The position numbers and the translations under genes were made by a program. A stretch of 64,000 nucleotides of DNA from Candidatus Curtissbacteria bacterium (GTDB taxonomy: Bacteria > Patescibacteriota > Microgenomatia > Curtissbacterales > GWA2-41-24). Where the stretch lies: NCBI GenBank assembly GCA_016183325.1, contig JACPEV010000006.1:5883-69882 (forward strand), read 5' to 3'. This document shows positions 25,987 to 35,992 of the stretch, one piece after another; position 1 is the first letter of the stretch; each line of letters begins with the position of its first letter. The notes beneath the pieces are model-generated. The model did no database searches and had not been told where the DNA came from. It saw only the letters and a list, made by a program, of their open reading frames with translations.

Positions 25987-28023
25987 TTAACTCACGTTTT
26001 TACCAGAAAACTTCACTATTTCCCGAACTTTTTTGATAATTGCTGACGCTGAAATGCCTTCGTAACCTAAAAGTTCTTCACCTTTACCTGACATCGGCAG
26101 TTTATTTACTGCCAATTTATGAACATTTATTCTTCCGTCTCTTGCAAAAACGTTCAAAACCGCGTCCCCCAGCCCACCATCAAAATAATGATCCTCGACA
26201 GTCACAATCAGATTATTCGTCTCATTTGCAGCCTTCTTTAGAGTCATCTCATCAATCGGTTTAATGGAATATGCGTCAATCACTCTGACATTAACTCCAA
26301 CTTTAGCCAGTTTGTCACCGGCTCTGATGGCTTCGATCAAAGTCACTCCACTAGAAACCACCGTCAAAACATCCTTCCTTGAAGATCTGATAACTTTGCA
26401 GCCACCTATTACAAACTTCTCACTGTTGCCATAAATCACCGGCGTTGCAGGCCGATTCGTCCGAATATAAAAAAGACCGTTTGTCGCAGCCGCAAGGACA
26501 ACCAACTTTTCGCAGGCTACCGCGTCGCCTGGGCAAAATATCACGCTGCCAAAAATACTTCTAAACATCGCTATATCTTCAAGCCCCATTTGAGAAGGCC
26601 CATCCTCACCAATAGAAACTCCGCAGTGTGATCCTGCAAACTTTATATTTCCTCCAGAGATAGCACTCATCCTAATCTGGTCAAAGGCGCGTGTCAAAAA
26701 GGCCGCAAATGTCGAAACAAAAGGAATTTTACCCCTTTTTGATAAACCTAAAGCCGCGCCTACCATGTTCTGCTCTGCAATAAACATTTCAAAAAACCGC
26801 TCTCTAAATCTCTCTGCAAAAATCTGGGCAAACGTCGAGTTCTTGACCTCAGCATCAAGGACCACAACATTGGGATTCACTTCGCCTATTTTGGAAAGCG
26901 CCTCCCCATATGCTTTCCTCGTCGCCACCATCTCCCCCAGTTTGTAGTTAAGCTTAATACGAGGGGTAGCAATCGTTTTGGTAGTTAGGTTAAGGTCAGG
27001 ATGCCCGTTTGGTTTAGGTTGTCGTTTTGGTTGGTCGCTGCCAGTTTCGTTTTCGTTTAACGTACTGTGACTAACCATACGGGCTGCGACACCCACACCT
27101 ACACCCATATCGTTTCGGGCTTCTTTACCTTTACCTAACGACAAACTACCCTTGGGCTTCTTAATCTCTCCCTTCAACTTCCGATCCACATCTCCCAACT
27201 CCAAAACCGCCTTCTTGAAATCCTCCTGCGGCAGTGCCTTCCCATGCCAACCTTCTTTGTTCTCCAAAAAACTAATGCCCTTGCCCTTGATGGTCTTTGC
27301 AATAATCATCTGAGGCTTACTACCCTTGATTGGCAATTGGTCAAACTCACCAGTTAATGCTTTCAAATCATGACCGTCCACCACGTGCCCTTCCCACCCG
27401 AATGACGCAATCCGCCTTTTGTACGCTTCAACATCCCAACCAAGCATCGTCTCTCCAGCCTGCCCAAGCCTGTTAACGTCAATAATCCCTACTAAATTTG
27501 AAAGTTTATAATAGGAAGCCAGCTCAATTGCCTCCCAGACTGAACCCTCAGCCATCTCTGAATCCCCCATCAAGACATAAACCATCGGCCACATTTGACA
27601 TTTGACATTTGACATTTGACATTCTTGCCTTATGGCAAGGGCCATTCCAAGCCCTATCGAAAGACCTTGCCCAAGTGATCCCGTCGCCACCTCAGCATAT
27701 TTAAATCTGGGAGTCGGATGACCCTCAAGTGGGCTTTTAAATTTTCTGTAAGTCAATAAATCTTTCTCGGTAAGCACTCCAGCTACCGCATAAAGAGCAT
27801 AGATAAGCGGTGAAACATGGCCTTTGGAAAAAATTACCCTGTCATTGGCAGGATTGTCGGGATTTTTAAGATCAAATCTTAGCTTACTAAAAAAAAGGGC
27901 AACCGCAATATCCGTTGCCGAAAGCGAAGAAGTCGGATGCCCAGACCCAGCTTCGGTTGTCATCCGAAGAATATAGTATCGAACCAGCTTGGAAAGCTCC
28001 TCAAGTTCTCCAATATCTTTCAC
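25987..28023 (-). CDS. tkt: Transketolase with a long low-complexity linker and an in-frame heptamer tandem repeat.
   Basis: N-terminal TPP-binding region (GSGHPTSSLSATDIAVALFF, GHVSP, GSLGQGL) plus the Pyr and C-terminal domains. ACATTTG x4 at 27591-27625 encodes CQMSNVKCQMW. A degenerate GGTT(A/T)GG-rich linker sits at about 26960-27130. Confidence 0.8.
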   Translation of the reverse strand: MKDIGELEELSKLVRYYILRMTTEAGSGHPTSSLSATDIAVALFFSKLRFDLKNPDNPANDRVIFSKGHVSPLIYALYAVAGVLTEKDLLTYRKFKSPLEGHPTPRFKYAEVATGSLGQGLSIGLGMALAIRQECQMSNVKCQMWPMVYVLMGDSEMAEGSVWEAIELASYYKLSNLVGIIDVNRLGQAGETMLGWDVEAYKRRIASFGWEGHVVDGHDLKALTGEFDQLPIKGSKPQMIIAKTIKGKGISFLENKEGWHGKALPQEDFKKAVLELGDVDRKLKGEIKKPKGSLSLGKGKEARNDMGVGVGVAARMVSHSTLNENETGSDQPKRQPKPNGHPDLNLTTKTIATPRIKLNYKLGEMVATRKAYGEALSKIGEVNPNVVVLDAEVKNSTFAQIFAERFRERFFEMFIAEQNMVGAALGLSKRGKIPFVSTFAAFLTRAFDQIRMSAISGGNIKFAGSHCGVSIGEDGPSQMGLEDIAMFRSIFGSVIFCPGDAVACEKLVVLAAATNGLFYIRTNRPATPVIYGNSEKFVIGGCKVIRSSRKDVLTVVSSGVTLIEAIRAGDKLAKVGVNVRVIDAYSIKPIDEMTLKKAANETNNLIVTVEDHYFDGGLGDAVLNVFARDGRINVHKLAVNKLPMSGKGEELLGYEGISASAIIKKVREIVKFSGKNVS

Positions 28024-28082
28024 TTTTCACAAATTACCATAAACATGGATTGGATTAACAGTGTTAAACTAAGTATGAATCT

Positions 28083-29138
28083 GTGGATCATAAAAAGAAA
28101 GTGCAGCGCACAATACTCATTATATTTGGCGCAATCATCCTCAGCTTTATGATCTTCCAAAAACCTGTAAAGGCCAATATCAAATCACTTCTTCTAATTT
28201 CCCAAGAGCTTCCTCAAATTCCCATTAAACCCCTGTACAAAATTACCAAAACTCCCAGTCATCAAAATATTCATCTTGACTCGCCAGATGGCCCTGTTGT
28301 TGCTGATTTGTTCATATCTCAAAACTCAAAAAAAAACAAGCCTGCCCTCATTATAGCTATGGGTGTTAAAACTAGTGACAAAGACAAACCTATCATCTTG
28401 GGCTTTGCCGAAACTCTTTCTCGCCTCGGTTTTATCGTCCTTTGGCCGAGAAGCGAAATTTTGGAGCAGGGTATCTCAGATTTCGAAAAACCTTCAACTT
28501 TCTCAGAAAGTTATCGCTTTCTCGAAAATCAAGAAATAGTCAATAAAAACCGTATTTCATTTGTCGGCTTCTCAGTCGGCTCATCAATTGCTTTTAGCGC
28601 AATTGCCGATCCCCAAATTTCGGGCAAAACCCGCTCTCTAATCTTTTTCGGAGGTTACTATGACGTCTTTGAATACTTAGAAAACCTATCATCACAAACA
28701 ATTACTCAAAACGGACAAAAAATATCCTGGCATCCCGACCAAAGTGCCACCAACCATGTCAAGGAAATCCTAACTTTCAACAACTCACAGTTACTTTCTC
28801 TTTTTAACGATCCTAAAAGTCAAAAAACTGCTCAGGAAATTCTAAAATCACTTCCCCAAAATGAAATTGAAAAGTTTAAAATGATTAGTCCCAAGGAAAA
28901 AATTGGAGAGTATAAAACTCCCACCTTTATTCTCCATGAAAGAAATGATACTTTTGTACCATACACTCAATCACTTGCTCTAAAAACTGCCCTTCCCAAA
29001 AATCTCCAAAAATCATACTTAATTATCAATCTATTCGAACACGTCCAGCCCCAAAAAGGTTTCAGCCCAAAGATTTTAGGAGAAATCTTCAAACTCTACC
29101 TTTTCCTTTACCAAACACTTTATTTTCTAGATTCCTGA
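28083..29138 (+). CDS. Alpha/beta-hydrolase fold protein (esterase/lipase-like), membrane-anchored.
   Basis: N-terminal TM/signal, GFSVGSS nucleophile elbow, and downstream Asp/His candidates. Confidence 0.5.
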   Translation: MDHKKKVQRTILIIFGAIILSFMIFQKPVKANIKSLLLISQELPQIPIKPLYKITKTPSHQNIHLDSPDGPVVADLFISQNSKKNKPALIIAMGVKTSDKDKPIILGFAETLSRLGFIVLWPRSEILEQGISDFEKPSTFSESYRFLENQEIVNKNRISFVGFSVGSSIAFSAIADPQISGKTRSLIFFGGYYDVFEYLENLSSQTITQNGQKISWHPDQSATNHVKEILTFNNSQLLSLFNDPKSQKTAQEILKSLPQNEIEKFKMISPKEKIGEYKTPTFILHERNDTFVPYTQSLALKTALPKNLQKSYLIINLFEHVQPQKGFSPKILGEIFKLYLFLYQTLYFLDS

Positions 29139-31723
29139 AGTTCTGCCAATGCTTGCCTCATCACCTTGGCGGCTTTCTCATAATCTGTCCCTTTAACAAA
29201 GCTTAAGGGTTTTCCAATTGTAATCCCTACCATCCGTCTCTTCTTAGGCAAGTTCTCTCGCCAATTAGAAGAAAGGTCCTGGTTGAAAATCTCTCGGTAG
29301 GAAAAATCAATTTTTACGGGTATTGTCGGCACTTGCATCTCAACGGCCAGTAGCCCAACACCGGCCTTAAATTGCAAAAGATTATCGTCGCCAGCTACTG
29401 CTCCTTCCGGCGCCAATATCAGCGAAAATCCCTTATCTAAAAATTCACCGGTCACATCAAGCGAAGCCTTAATCTTCTCCTTTTTATCAAACGGAAAACC
29501 GCCTGCCAAAATTTCCATAAATCGACCGCGTTTATCTTCCCAAAACTCGGAAGTCGCCGCAAAAACCAATTTTTCGCGAATAGCTCTTGGCAATACTCTT
29601 AGTACACACAACCCATCCAACACTCCTATGTGATTGAAGTAGAAAATCGCCGGAAGCTTAATATCCGTAAGATTCTCTCTTCCTTTAACCTCAAGTGGTG
29701 CAAACAAACTAAAAAGTGGAAAAAGCAAAAGATTTTGTAAAATTACTCTAATTTTTGAAAAAAACCACGAATAGGAAATTTTATTTATCTCAGTTTCCAG
29801 ATCACCCGGAATCGCCTCATCCACTAACTTTCTTAAATCACCAACCGTAGTCTTTGCATTAATTTTGGTCTCAAAAACGGCCACACCCAATTCTTCCTCA
29901 ATCAAAGATAACAGCTCAACGCGTCCTAGAGAATCTATCAGCAAATCACTAGAAAGTATTGAACTTTCCTTGATTTTTGAAACATCTACTTTTGTCACTT
30001 TAGAAATCAAATTAATCAACTTATCTTCTACTTTTCCTTGGCTTCCACCCTTAATTGCCTTTTTGCTGGAGATAGAGGCCAAGACCTTTTTGCGATCAAT
30101 CTTCAAAATCGGAGTCCTTGGGAAATCCTCATCAGGCCAGACACTCCAAGAGAGAATCTGCTCGTGTGAGGCCAAGTTTTGATTGACCTCACCAATGATC
30201 GCGCTTGCATCTTTCGGAAATTTTGTCACTAAAACTGCGTGAACAGCCTCTCCTTCTTCGCGGCCAACACCAACTACACAGGCCTCGGATACCTTAGGGT
30301 GGGCATTTAACTTCTTCTCCAAATCCTCGGGATAAACTTTTTGGCCATTAGGCAAAACGATTCGAAAACTTTCTCGACCGGTAATATACAAAAAACCGTC
30401 TTTATCTATCTGGCCCACATCTCCCGTTTTATACCAAGTCTCTCCACCTCCCAGGAGTCCATTCGGCCACCTCCGAGGTGACTGGATAGGCTCCTCGGAG
30501 GTGAAAGCTGCGCTGGTTTTTTCTTCATCCTCAAAATACCCAGGCGAAATGTTGGGTCCGCTGGCCTCAATTTCTCCCACAACTCCCGAAGTGTCAACGT
30601 ATCCCACACCCGGTGTGTGCTGAGTAGACACATCGGGATTTAGCCTTATTTTCATTCCGGGTAAAACTTTGCCGACTGAGCCCAAGCGCTTAGATCTCGG
30701 TGTGTTAATAGTCAAAGCAGCCGTCGTCTCCGTCGCACCATAACCCTCAAAAACATCAATACCTAAATTTTCCCAAGCTTTGGCCAGTTTTAAATCCAGA
30801 GGAGCCGATCCACAACCAAAAAACGTCAAATGACCACCAAGTTTTTTGTGAATTTTTAAAAAGATCATTCTTCTTAAAAAAAATGTCAAATATGGAGCAA
30901 TTTTATTAGCTGTCTTAAATTGTTCTAATTTCCCCTGGCGCTCAATTTCTCGCTCAATCCCGTTCATCAGTAGCCGCAATGCTTGAGGAACCAGTGCCAC
31001 GGAGGTAATTTTGTTCTTAAAAAGAGCCCGGATTATTGTCAGCGAGTTAATACGCTCTAAATAAGTAACCGTTATGCCAACTTTAAAAAGTGCCAAAAAA
31101 TCAACCACCTGCTCGAAAGCATGCGATAAAGGTAAAACTGAAAGCGCCCTCCAATTGGGCTTAAACGGAAAAACTTCACACAAAGCAGAAACACCCGAAA
31201 GAAAATTTCCGTGAGTCAGAATTACCCCCTTCGGTGTGCCGGTAGTTCCCGACGTAAAAGCAATCTCTGCTAGATCGTCAGGTTTAACATTGGGGAGATT
31301 AGGGTGATTGGGGAAATTTTTGATAAGATCGGTTAATTCCTCCAAATAAAAACTGGCGTCAACTAACTTCCCGAAATTCCCCGGAATAAATTTCCCGGCA
31401 AAACCAACTCTACATTTGGCTTTTTCCAGAAAAATTTTGAGGGTTTCTTCAGTTGTGCGAACATCGATCGGCACCACCACCAACCCCAAAAGCCAACAGC
31501 CAAAATAAAGGATCGGATACTCCGGCATATTGGAAGACCAGATAGAGACCTTGTCACCTTTTTTGAGACCTTTGCCGGACAAAAAAGCCGCTGTTTTATA
31601 AGCCAATAAATTGATTTCTTCAAAAGTAAACCTCTGAGTTCTCAACCCGCGTTTAATCTGATACGCAACATGATCTTTATGAAGCCGCGAATATTTTTCT
31701 AAAAATTGGCCCAAATTCTGCAT
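29120..31723 (-). CDS. Tri-domain acyl-activating enzyme: acyl-AMP ligase (FadD/AAE) + acyl carrier protein domain + lysophospholipid acyltransferase (PlsC/LPLAT). Functionally Aas-like.
   Basis: AMP-binding motifs TSGTTGTPKGV, YGATE, YKTGD. ACP-like phosphopantetheine site LLIDSLGRVELL. LPLAT motifs FNHIGVLDG (HX4D) and LAPEG. An in-frame P1 palindromic insert lies at 30466-30505. Confidence 0.7.
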   Translation of the reverse strand: MQNLGQFLEKYSRLHKDHVAYQIKRGLRTQRFTFEEINLLAYKTAAFLSGKGLKKGDKVSIWSSNMPEYPILYFGCWLLGLVVVPIDVRTTEETLKIFLEKAKCRVGFAGKFIPGNFGKLVDASFYLEELTDLIKNFPNHPNLPNVKPDDLAEIAFTSGTTGTPKGVILTHGNFLSGVSALCEVFPFKPNWRALSVLPLSHAFEQVVDFLALFKVGITVTYLERINSLTIIRALFKNKITSVALVPQALRLLMNGIEREIERQGKLEQFKTANKIAPYLTFFLRRMIFLKIHKKLGGHLTFFGCGSAPLDLKLAKAWENLGIDVFEGYGATETTAALTINTPRSKRLGSVGKVLPGMKIRLNPDVSTQHTPGVGYVDTSGVVGEIEASGPNISPGYFEDEEKTSAAFTSEEPIQSPRRWPNGLLGGGETWYKTGDVGQIDKDGFLYITGRESFRIVLPNGQKVYPEDLEKKLNAHPKVSEACVVGVGREEGEAVHAVLVTKFPKDASAIIGEVNQNLASHEQILSWSVWPDEDFPRTPILKIDRKKVLASISSKKAIKGGSQGKVEDKLINLISKVTKVDVSKIKESSILSSDLLIDSLGRVELLSLIEEELGVAVFETKINAKTTVGDLRKLVDEAIPGDLETEINKISYSWFFSKIRVILQNLLLFPLFSLFAPLEVKGRENLTDIKLPAIFYFNHIGVLDGLCVLRVLPRAIREKLVFAATSEFWEDKRGRFMEILAGGFPFDKKEKIKASLDVTGEFLDKGFSLILAPEGAVAGDDNLLQFKAGVGLLAVEMQVPTIPVKIDFSYREIFNQDLSSNWRENLPKKRRMVGITIGKPLSFVKGTDYEKAAKVMRQALAELQESRK
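30466..30505. repeat. Palindromic element P1 in frame inside the aas-like gene.
   Basis: CACCTCCGAGGTG at 30468-30480 and CTCCTCGGAGGTG at 30491-30503. Encodes the extra SPRRWPNGLLGGG before the YKTGD motif. Confidence 0.65.
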
Positions 31724-31747
31724 CTCAAAAATTTATATCTCTTCTCC

Positions 31748-32647
31748 TCACAAATTCTTTTTGAAAAATGCCGTTACTTTTGCTTGATATTCGCTCTCTA
31801 CTTCGCCTGGCAAATATCCATGCACTTTGTTTTCTATAAAGAAAAATTCAGCGCTCTTATTTTCCCCCAGCGCCGATTGCAACCTCAATGCATTCTCAAA
31901 TGGGATAGTCTGATCGCTCTTGGAATGAATTAATAAAATAGGAATAGTCAAGTCCTTGGCCGCTTTCTCTGGTGATATTTTACCTGCGTCTATCCCGAAA
32001 ATTATCTTACCCCACACTTTAGTTAAAAAAGTCAAAGGATATTTTAGAAAAAAAAGATTTTGCCAGTATACATGACCCATCAAATCTAAAGATGCGTAGG
32101 CACTATCAGTCACTACCGCCGAGACGTCTTGATTTTTAGAAGCCCCCAGAATCGCCACCGCCCCGCCAAAAGAAAAGCCCATTAATCCTATCTTGGCAAA
32201 ACCCTTATTTTTTACATAAGCGATAGCCGCATCCAAATCCTTTTGCTCATCGCGCCCAAGCGTAGTCATATTTCCCTGACTTTTCCCAAAATATCTCATA
32301 TCAAAGAAAAATAAATTGAAATCGTCATGTAAAAACTGGGCAAAAGACAAAAGATTTGCCATATCTGCGCCATACCCATGAAGCATAACAATCACCTTAT
32401 CGGAATTCTTAGAAGCAGGTACAAACCATGCCGAAAGCTCAACTCCGTCGCTTGTTTTAAGTATCACTTCCTCAAATTCCCATTCAAAATTGGCAGGAGT
32501 TAAATTTGTCAAAACTTTAGCCGGATGAACTCCAAGCCATAAACCGTAAAGAGGAAACAAAATTAAAAAAAATACAACAATTAAAATTAGATATAAAAAT
32601 AGCTGATGATTTAAGCTCATTTTATCTGATCCGGCAACCGGTACCAC
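31748..32647 (-). CDS. Alpha/beta hydrolase (lysophospholipase/esterase-like), membrane-anchored.
   Basis: N-terminal TM helix, GFSFGG nucleophile elbow, HGYGAD. Overlaps the upstream MFS gene by 31 nt. Confidence 0.55.
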   Translation of the reverse strand: MVPVAGSDKMSLNHQLFLYLILIVVFFLILFPLYGLWLGVHPAKVLTNLTPANFEWEFEEVILKTSDGVELSAWFVPASKNSDKVIVMLHGYGADMANLLSFAQFLHDDFNLFFFDMRYFGKSQGNMTTLGRDEQKDLDAAIAYVKNKGFAKIGLMGFSFGGAVAILGASKNQDVSAVVTDSAYASLDLMGHVYWQNLFFLKYPLTFLTKVWGKIIFGIDAGKISPEKAAKDLTIPILLIHSKSDQTIPFENALRLQSALGENKSAEFFFIENKVHGYLPGEVESEYQAKVTAFFKKNL

Positions 32648-33933
32648 TTCACAAAAATCACAAAACCCAAAAGTGTGACCAAACCGGCAATCGGCCCGAT
32701 CAATCTAATCCCCATCGAATTATCAACCGTTGCCCCAAACACCGCCAAAGTGGTACCAAAAATTAAACTTGACAGAGCAAAAGAAAATTTCTGCAAAGTA
32801 TTTTGCATGCCGTAATAAATTGCTTCTCGCCTGAGTCCAGTCAGATTGGCATCATAATCAATCACATCCGCCAAAATGGCATTGGGGAAAACAAACTGGC
32901 CGGACAGGACCAAACCGATTGCTACCACCACCGCCACTGTTTGCCAAAAGGGATTAAAAGACGTCAAACCTGTTAAAAAAAGCAGAGGGAACAAGAGCCC
33001 CAAAATTAACATGGAATAAGCATAGATCTTTTTCTTGCCAAAAATATTGGCAAGTTTCGTCTGCACCGGCAAAGCCAAAAGCATACTGCCCAAAACCAAA
33101 GCCATAAATAAAGCCGTTTGTCCTTCCGGAAGCCTTAATAAATTGACCACATAAAAAGGCATGAGCGCTGTTAAAAGATTTAACCCTAAGGAAAAAAGGA
33201 TAAAAGCCAAGGAGAAGACTACAAAATGTTCATTTTTCAAAGTTGTTACTAGTGCTTGGAATAAACTCGTTTGCACAGAAGAACTACGAGGCCGCAAGCC
33301 TAACACCCGCCAGGTCGAAAGGCGTTTTCTGATTCCCAAAATTGCTATCCAGAAAGCCACCAGTGCAGCTACTGCTAAAACTGCCCCCATCATCGCAAAT
33401 CCGTATAGAGAAATTAAAATTCCAGAGCCCACCAGTCCCAAGCCTGCACCTATAACCCCAAACAATACCCTCCAGGCAGAAGTGGCAACCCGATCACGGC
33501 TCGTCAAGGCAATCTCCGGCAAAATTCCTTCATAGGGTGCCGATACCAAAGTATAAGCAAAAAAGAAAAACTGCAGCGCAACGAAGAAATAAATCGCATT
33601 CAATGTCACTGACCAACCACCACCAATCCATAGCAAAAAGAACGAAAAAGCCAAAAGTGGTGCACCAAAAAATATGTAAGGGAAACGCCTACCCCAGCGG
33701 GATTTGGTTCTGTCTGACAGATGGCCTATTAAGGGATCATCAAAAGCTTCGATAAACCTGCCAATTCCCAATAAAACTCCAAGTATTCCAATGGGCACTA
33801 AGGCATTTTGCAAATTGCCTTGGCCTGACCAAAAGAAAATCAACCAGGCGGAAACTGCCTGGAAAGTCACATTTTCCCCAAATCCCCCGACGGCAAATAA
33901 AATCTGGTCTTTAGTTCTAAGCGCATCACTCAT
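32617..33933 (-). CDS. MFS transporter (GPH/LplT-like). Candidate lysophospholipid importer by context.
   Basis: 12 predicted TM helices with MFS/GPH-type N-terminus and loop motifs. Sits between acpS and the hydrolase/aas-like genes. Confidence 0.55.
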   Translation of the reverse strand: MSDALRTKDQILFAVGGFGENVTFQAVSAWLIFFWSGQGNLQNALVPIGILGVLLGIGRFIEAFDDPLIGHLSDRTKSRWGRRFPYIFFGAPLLAFSFFLLWIGGGWSVTLNAIYFFVALQFFFFAYTLVSAPYEGILPEIALTSRDRVATSAWRVLFGVIGAGLGLVGSGILISLYGFAMMGAVLAVAALVAFWIAILGIRKRLSTWRVLGLRPRSSSVQTSLFQALVTTLKNEHFVVFSLAFILFSLGLNLLTALMPFYVVNLLRLPEGQTALFMALVLGSMLLALPVQTKLANIFGKKKIYAYSMLILGLLFPLLFLTGLTSFNPFWQTVAVVVAIGLVLSGQFVFPNAILADVIDYDANLTGLRREAIYYGMQNTLQKFSFALSSLIFGTTLAVFGATVDNSMGIRLIGPIAGLVTLLGFVIFVKWYRLPDQIK

Positions 33934-33936
33934 AAC

Positions 33937-34281
33937 TCACAACTCATTACTAATTAATGCTACAAAATAAGCTACAACATAATCTCCATCGTGACTAATC
34001 GATAAAGAATCTTTAATTCTTACTTCATAATTCATAATTCTTACAATAGGCGCTCCATTTTGCCTGTAAGTAATTTCAATATCTTGCCAACTGCCCTTTG
34101 GTAACCCTAACGCCTTCATCACCGCTTCTTTGGCCGCAAAAATCCCCGCCAAGTGCTCTTCTCGCTTATCTTCAAGCTCGCTCTCAAGATAGACCCTTTT
34201 CAAAAAACTACTACCACCTCGTGATAGAGTCTTCCTGAATTTTGGCAAAAATACCAGATCGATTCCCGACTTGATCTGCAT
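33937..34281 (-). CDS. acpS: Holo-[acyl-carrier-protein] synthase (4'-phosphopantetheinyl transferase).
   Basis: GIDLV N-terminal Mg site, FAAKEAVMKALG. 114 aa is typical AcpS size. Confidence 0.7.
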   Translation of the reverse strand: MQIKSGIDLVFLPKFRKTLSRGGSSFLKRVYLESELEDKREEHLAGIFAAKEAVMKALGLPKGSWQDIEITYRQNGAPIVRIMNYEVRIKDSLSISHDGDYVVAYFVALISNEL

Positions 34282-34369
34282 CTCACTTAGTATCTTATCA
34301 GGTTGATCCTACTGTCATCCTCCAGCTTAAAGGATCCAAAAATGACGATATGGGTTTTGAAATGAGGCT

Positions 34370-35122
34370 CTACTCAACCAAAATTGAACCGGTCATATTA
34401 GAAGCATGCGCACTGCAATGATAAGGGTAAACTCCGGCCTCATTAAAAGTCAGTGAGTAGCTATCACCACTAGCTAAAGATTTTGAATTCTGACTCAGGT
34501 AATACGTGTGAGCAGGGTGCGAATCAGTATTTACATAGTGCTCGACATTATCATCATTTATCCATACGACTTTTGTACCTTTTTTAATTTTCAAATTCAT
34601 TGGCTTAAATGAAATTTCTGAAAGCCCTACAATCACTTCGCTCTTACCAACCATATCCTCATAACTTTGTGACTTTGTCCGATCGATCGCAAATTGAAAA
34701 TTCCCTTCGTGACAACTGCCGTCCGGCCAACAGGCTTTGTAAGAAACTGTATAAACTCCGTCCGGCGCGGCAGGGTCCATCTTTCTTCTCATCGCCAACT
34801 TATTCTTATCAATCACTACATCGGCAATACCATATTCACGACCGTCATTTTTAATCGATATCGCAGAACCCTCTGCCAAATCAAAATTAAAATCAATAAC
34901 AACATTTATTGGCACACCCGCCAAAACCGCCCCGTGTGCGGGAGTATTGCTCTCATAGTGTGCACTCTTTTTGGGATTTTCGAATTTGAACTTATTATTA
35001 TTCTGAACCTGTCCGGCCGGAGATTGACCGGGCGGACCTACATTTGGGGAAATTTTTTTGCAACCAGCCAGAATCAAAGCGGAAAATAAAATAAAACCGA
35101 ATATCAAAACGTGCCGAGTCAT
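34370..35122 (-). CDS. Copper-binding lipoprotein: CopC-like domain fused to a type-1 cupredoxin domain.
   Basis: Lipobox LILAGCKK, CopC-like beta-sandwich (VYTVSYKACWPDGSCHEG), C-terminal blue-copper ligands YPYHCSAHASNMTG. Confidence 0.55.
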   Translation of the reverse strand: MTRHVLIFGFILFSALILAGCKKISPNVGPPGQSPAGQVQNNNKFKFENPKKSAHYESNTPAHGAVLAGVPINVVIDFNFDLAEGSAISIKNDGREYGIADVVIDKNKLAMRRKMDPAAPDGVYTVSYKACWPDGSCHEGNFQFAIDRTKSQSYEDMVGKSEVIVGLSEISFKPMNLKIKKGTKVVWINDDNVEHYVNTDSHPAHTYYLSQNSKSLASGDSYSLTFNEAGVYPYHCSAHASNMTGSILVE

Positions 35123-35306
35123 TTCTCTTAGGACTTACGCACTTCGTGCCTGACTGTCATTCTGGCCCTAAGGTCCGGGTCTAGGACTTGTCCAGAATCT
35201 GAAGCTAATTTTGGAAACACTGCGTAAGTCCTGTTCTCTGAGTCTATCACAAAATTATCCAACTTAGAATCCACTTTTTCCAAAAATCAAATCATTTTGA
35301 ATCTGC

Positions 35307-35876
35307 ATGAATGGTAAAATAAGTGACATGGAATCAACCGACTCGGAAACTGCAACTTTAGCAGGAGGTTGTTTTTGGTGCACGGAAGCAGTTTTCAAAC
35401 GCCTTAAAGGTGTTCAATCTGTTACCTCCGGATATGCAGGTGGCCAGATGGACAAACCTTCATACGAAGCGGTCTCATCCGGCACAACCGGTCATGCCGA
35501 AGCAATTCAAATTATATTCGACCCCAAAATCATTTCTTATGAAAAACTACTCGAAGTCTTCTTCAAGCTTCACGATCCAACTACAATGAATCGTCAAGGA
35601 ACCGACGTGGGACATCAATATCGATCAGCCATCTTTTATCAAGACGAAAATCAAAGACAGATTGCCCTCTCACTAAAAGAAAAATTGGAAAAATCGGGAA
35701 TTTACCAAAACCCCATCGTCACCGAAATTCTCCCCTTTACCAATTTTTTCAAAGCCGAAGATTATCATCAAAACTTTTACGACAACAATAGATCATATGG
35801 ATATTGTCAAGTCGTGATCGATCCTAAAATTAAAAAATTAATGGAAGTATTTAAAAATGAGGTTAAATCATCCTAG
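35307..35876 (+). CDS. msrA: Peptide methionine sulfoxide reductase MsrA.
   Basis: Active-site GCFWCTE and conserved GYAGG, HDPTTMNRQGTDVGHQYRS. Confidence 0.85.
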   Translation: MNGKISDMESTDSETATLAGGCFWCTEAVFKRLKGVQSVTSGYAGGQMDKPSYEAVSSGTTGHAEAIQIIFDPKIISYEKLLEVFFKLHDPTTMNRQGTDVGHQYRSAIFYQDENQRQIALSLKEKLEKSGIYQNPIVTEILPFTNFFKAEDYHQNFYDNNRSYGYCQVVIDPKIKKLMEVFKNEVKSS

Positions 35877-35904
35877 AATTCTTAAATCAATATCGACCCC
35901 AAAA

Positions 35905-35924
35905 CCTGCCTGCCGGCAGGCAGG
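35905..35924 (-). terminator. Perfect 20-bp palindrome CCTGCCTGCCGGCAGGCAGG followed, on the minus strand, by TTTTGGGG. Likely terminator of the minus-strand relE/phd operon.
   Basis: Perfect palindrome, with a T-rich tract on the minus-strand side only. Located inside the first msrA-3'-end repeat copy. Confidence 0.5.
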
Positions 35925-35992
35925 TCCAAAAATTGTACAAGGAATTTAAAAGTGCAGTTAAATCAGATTGAAAGTTTCAACCGAAACTTAAT

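Noticed and set aside
26960-27130. GGTT(A/T)GG-rich segment in tkt as a telomere-like or G-quadruplex repeat
   Set aside because: It is in frame and encodes a Lys/Pro/Thr-rich linker between transketolase domains. It is degenerate and not tandemly exact. Noted only as low-complexity coding DNA.
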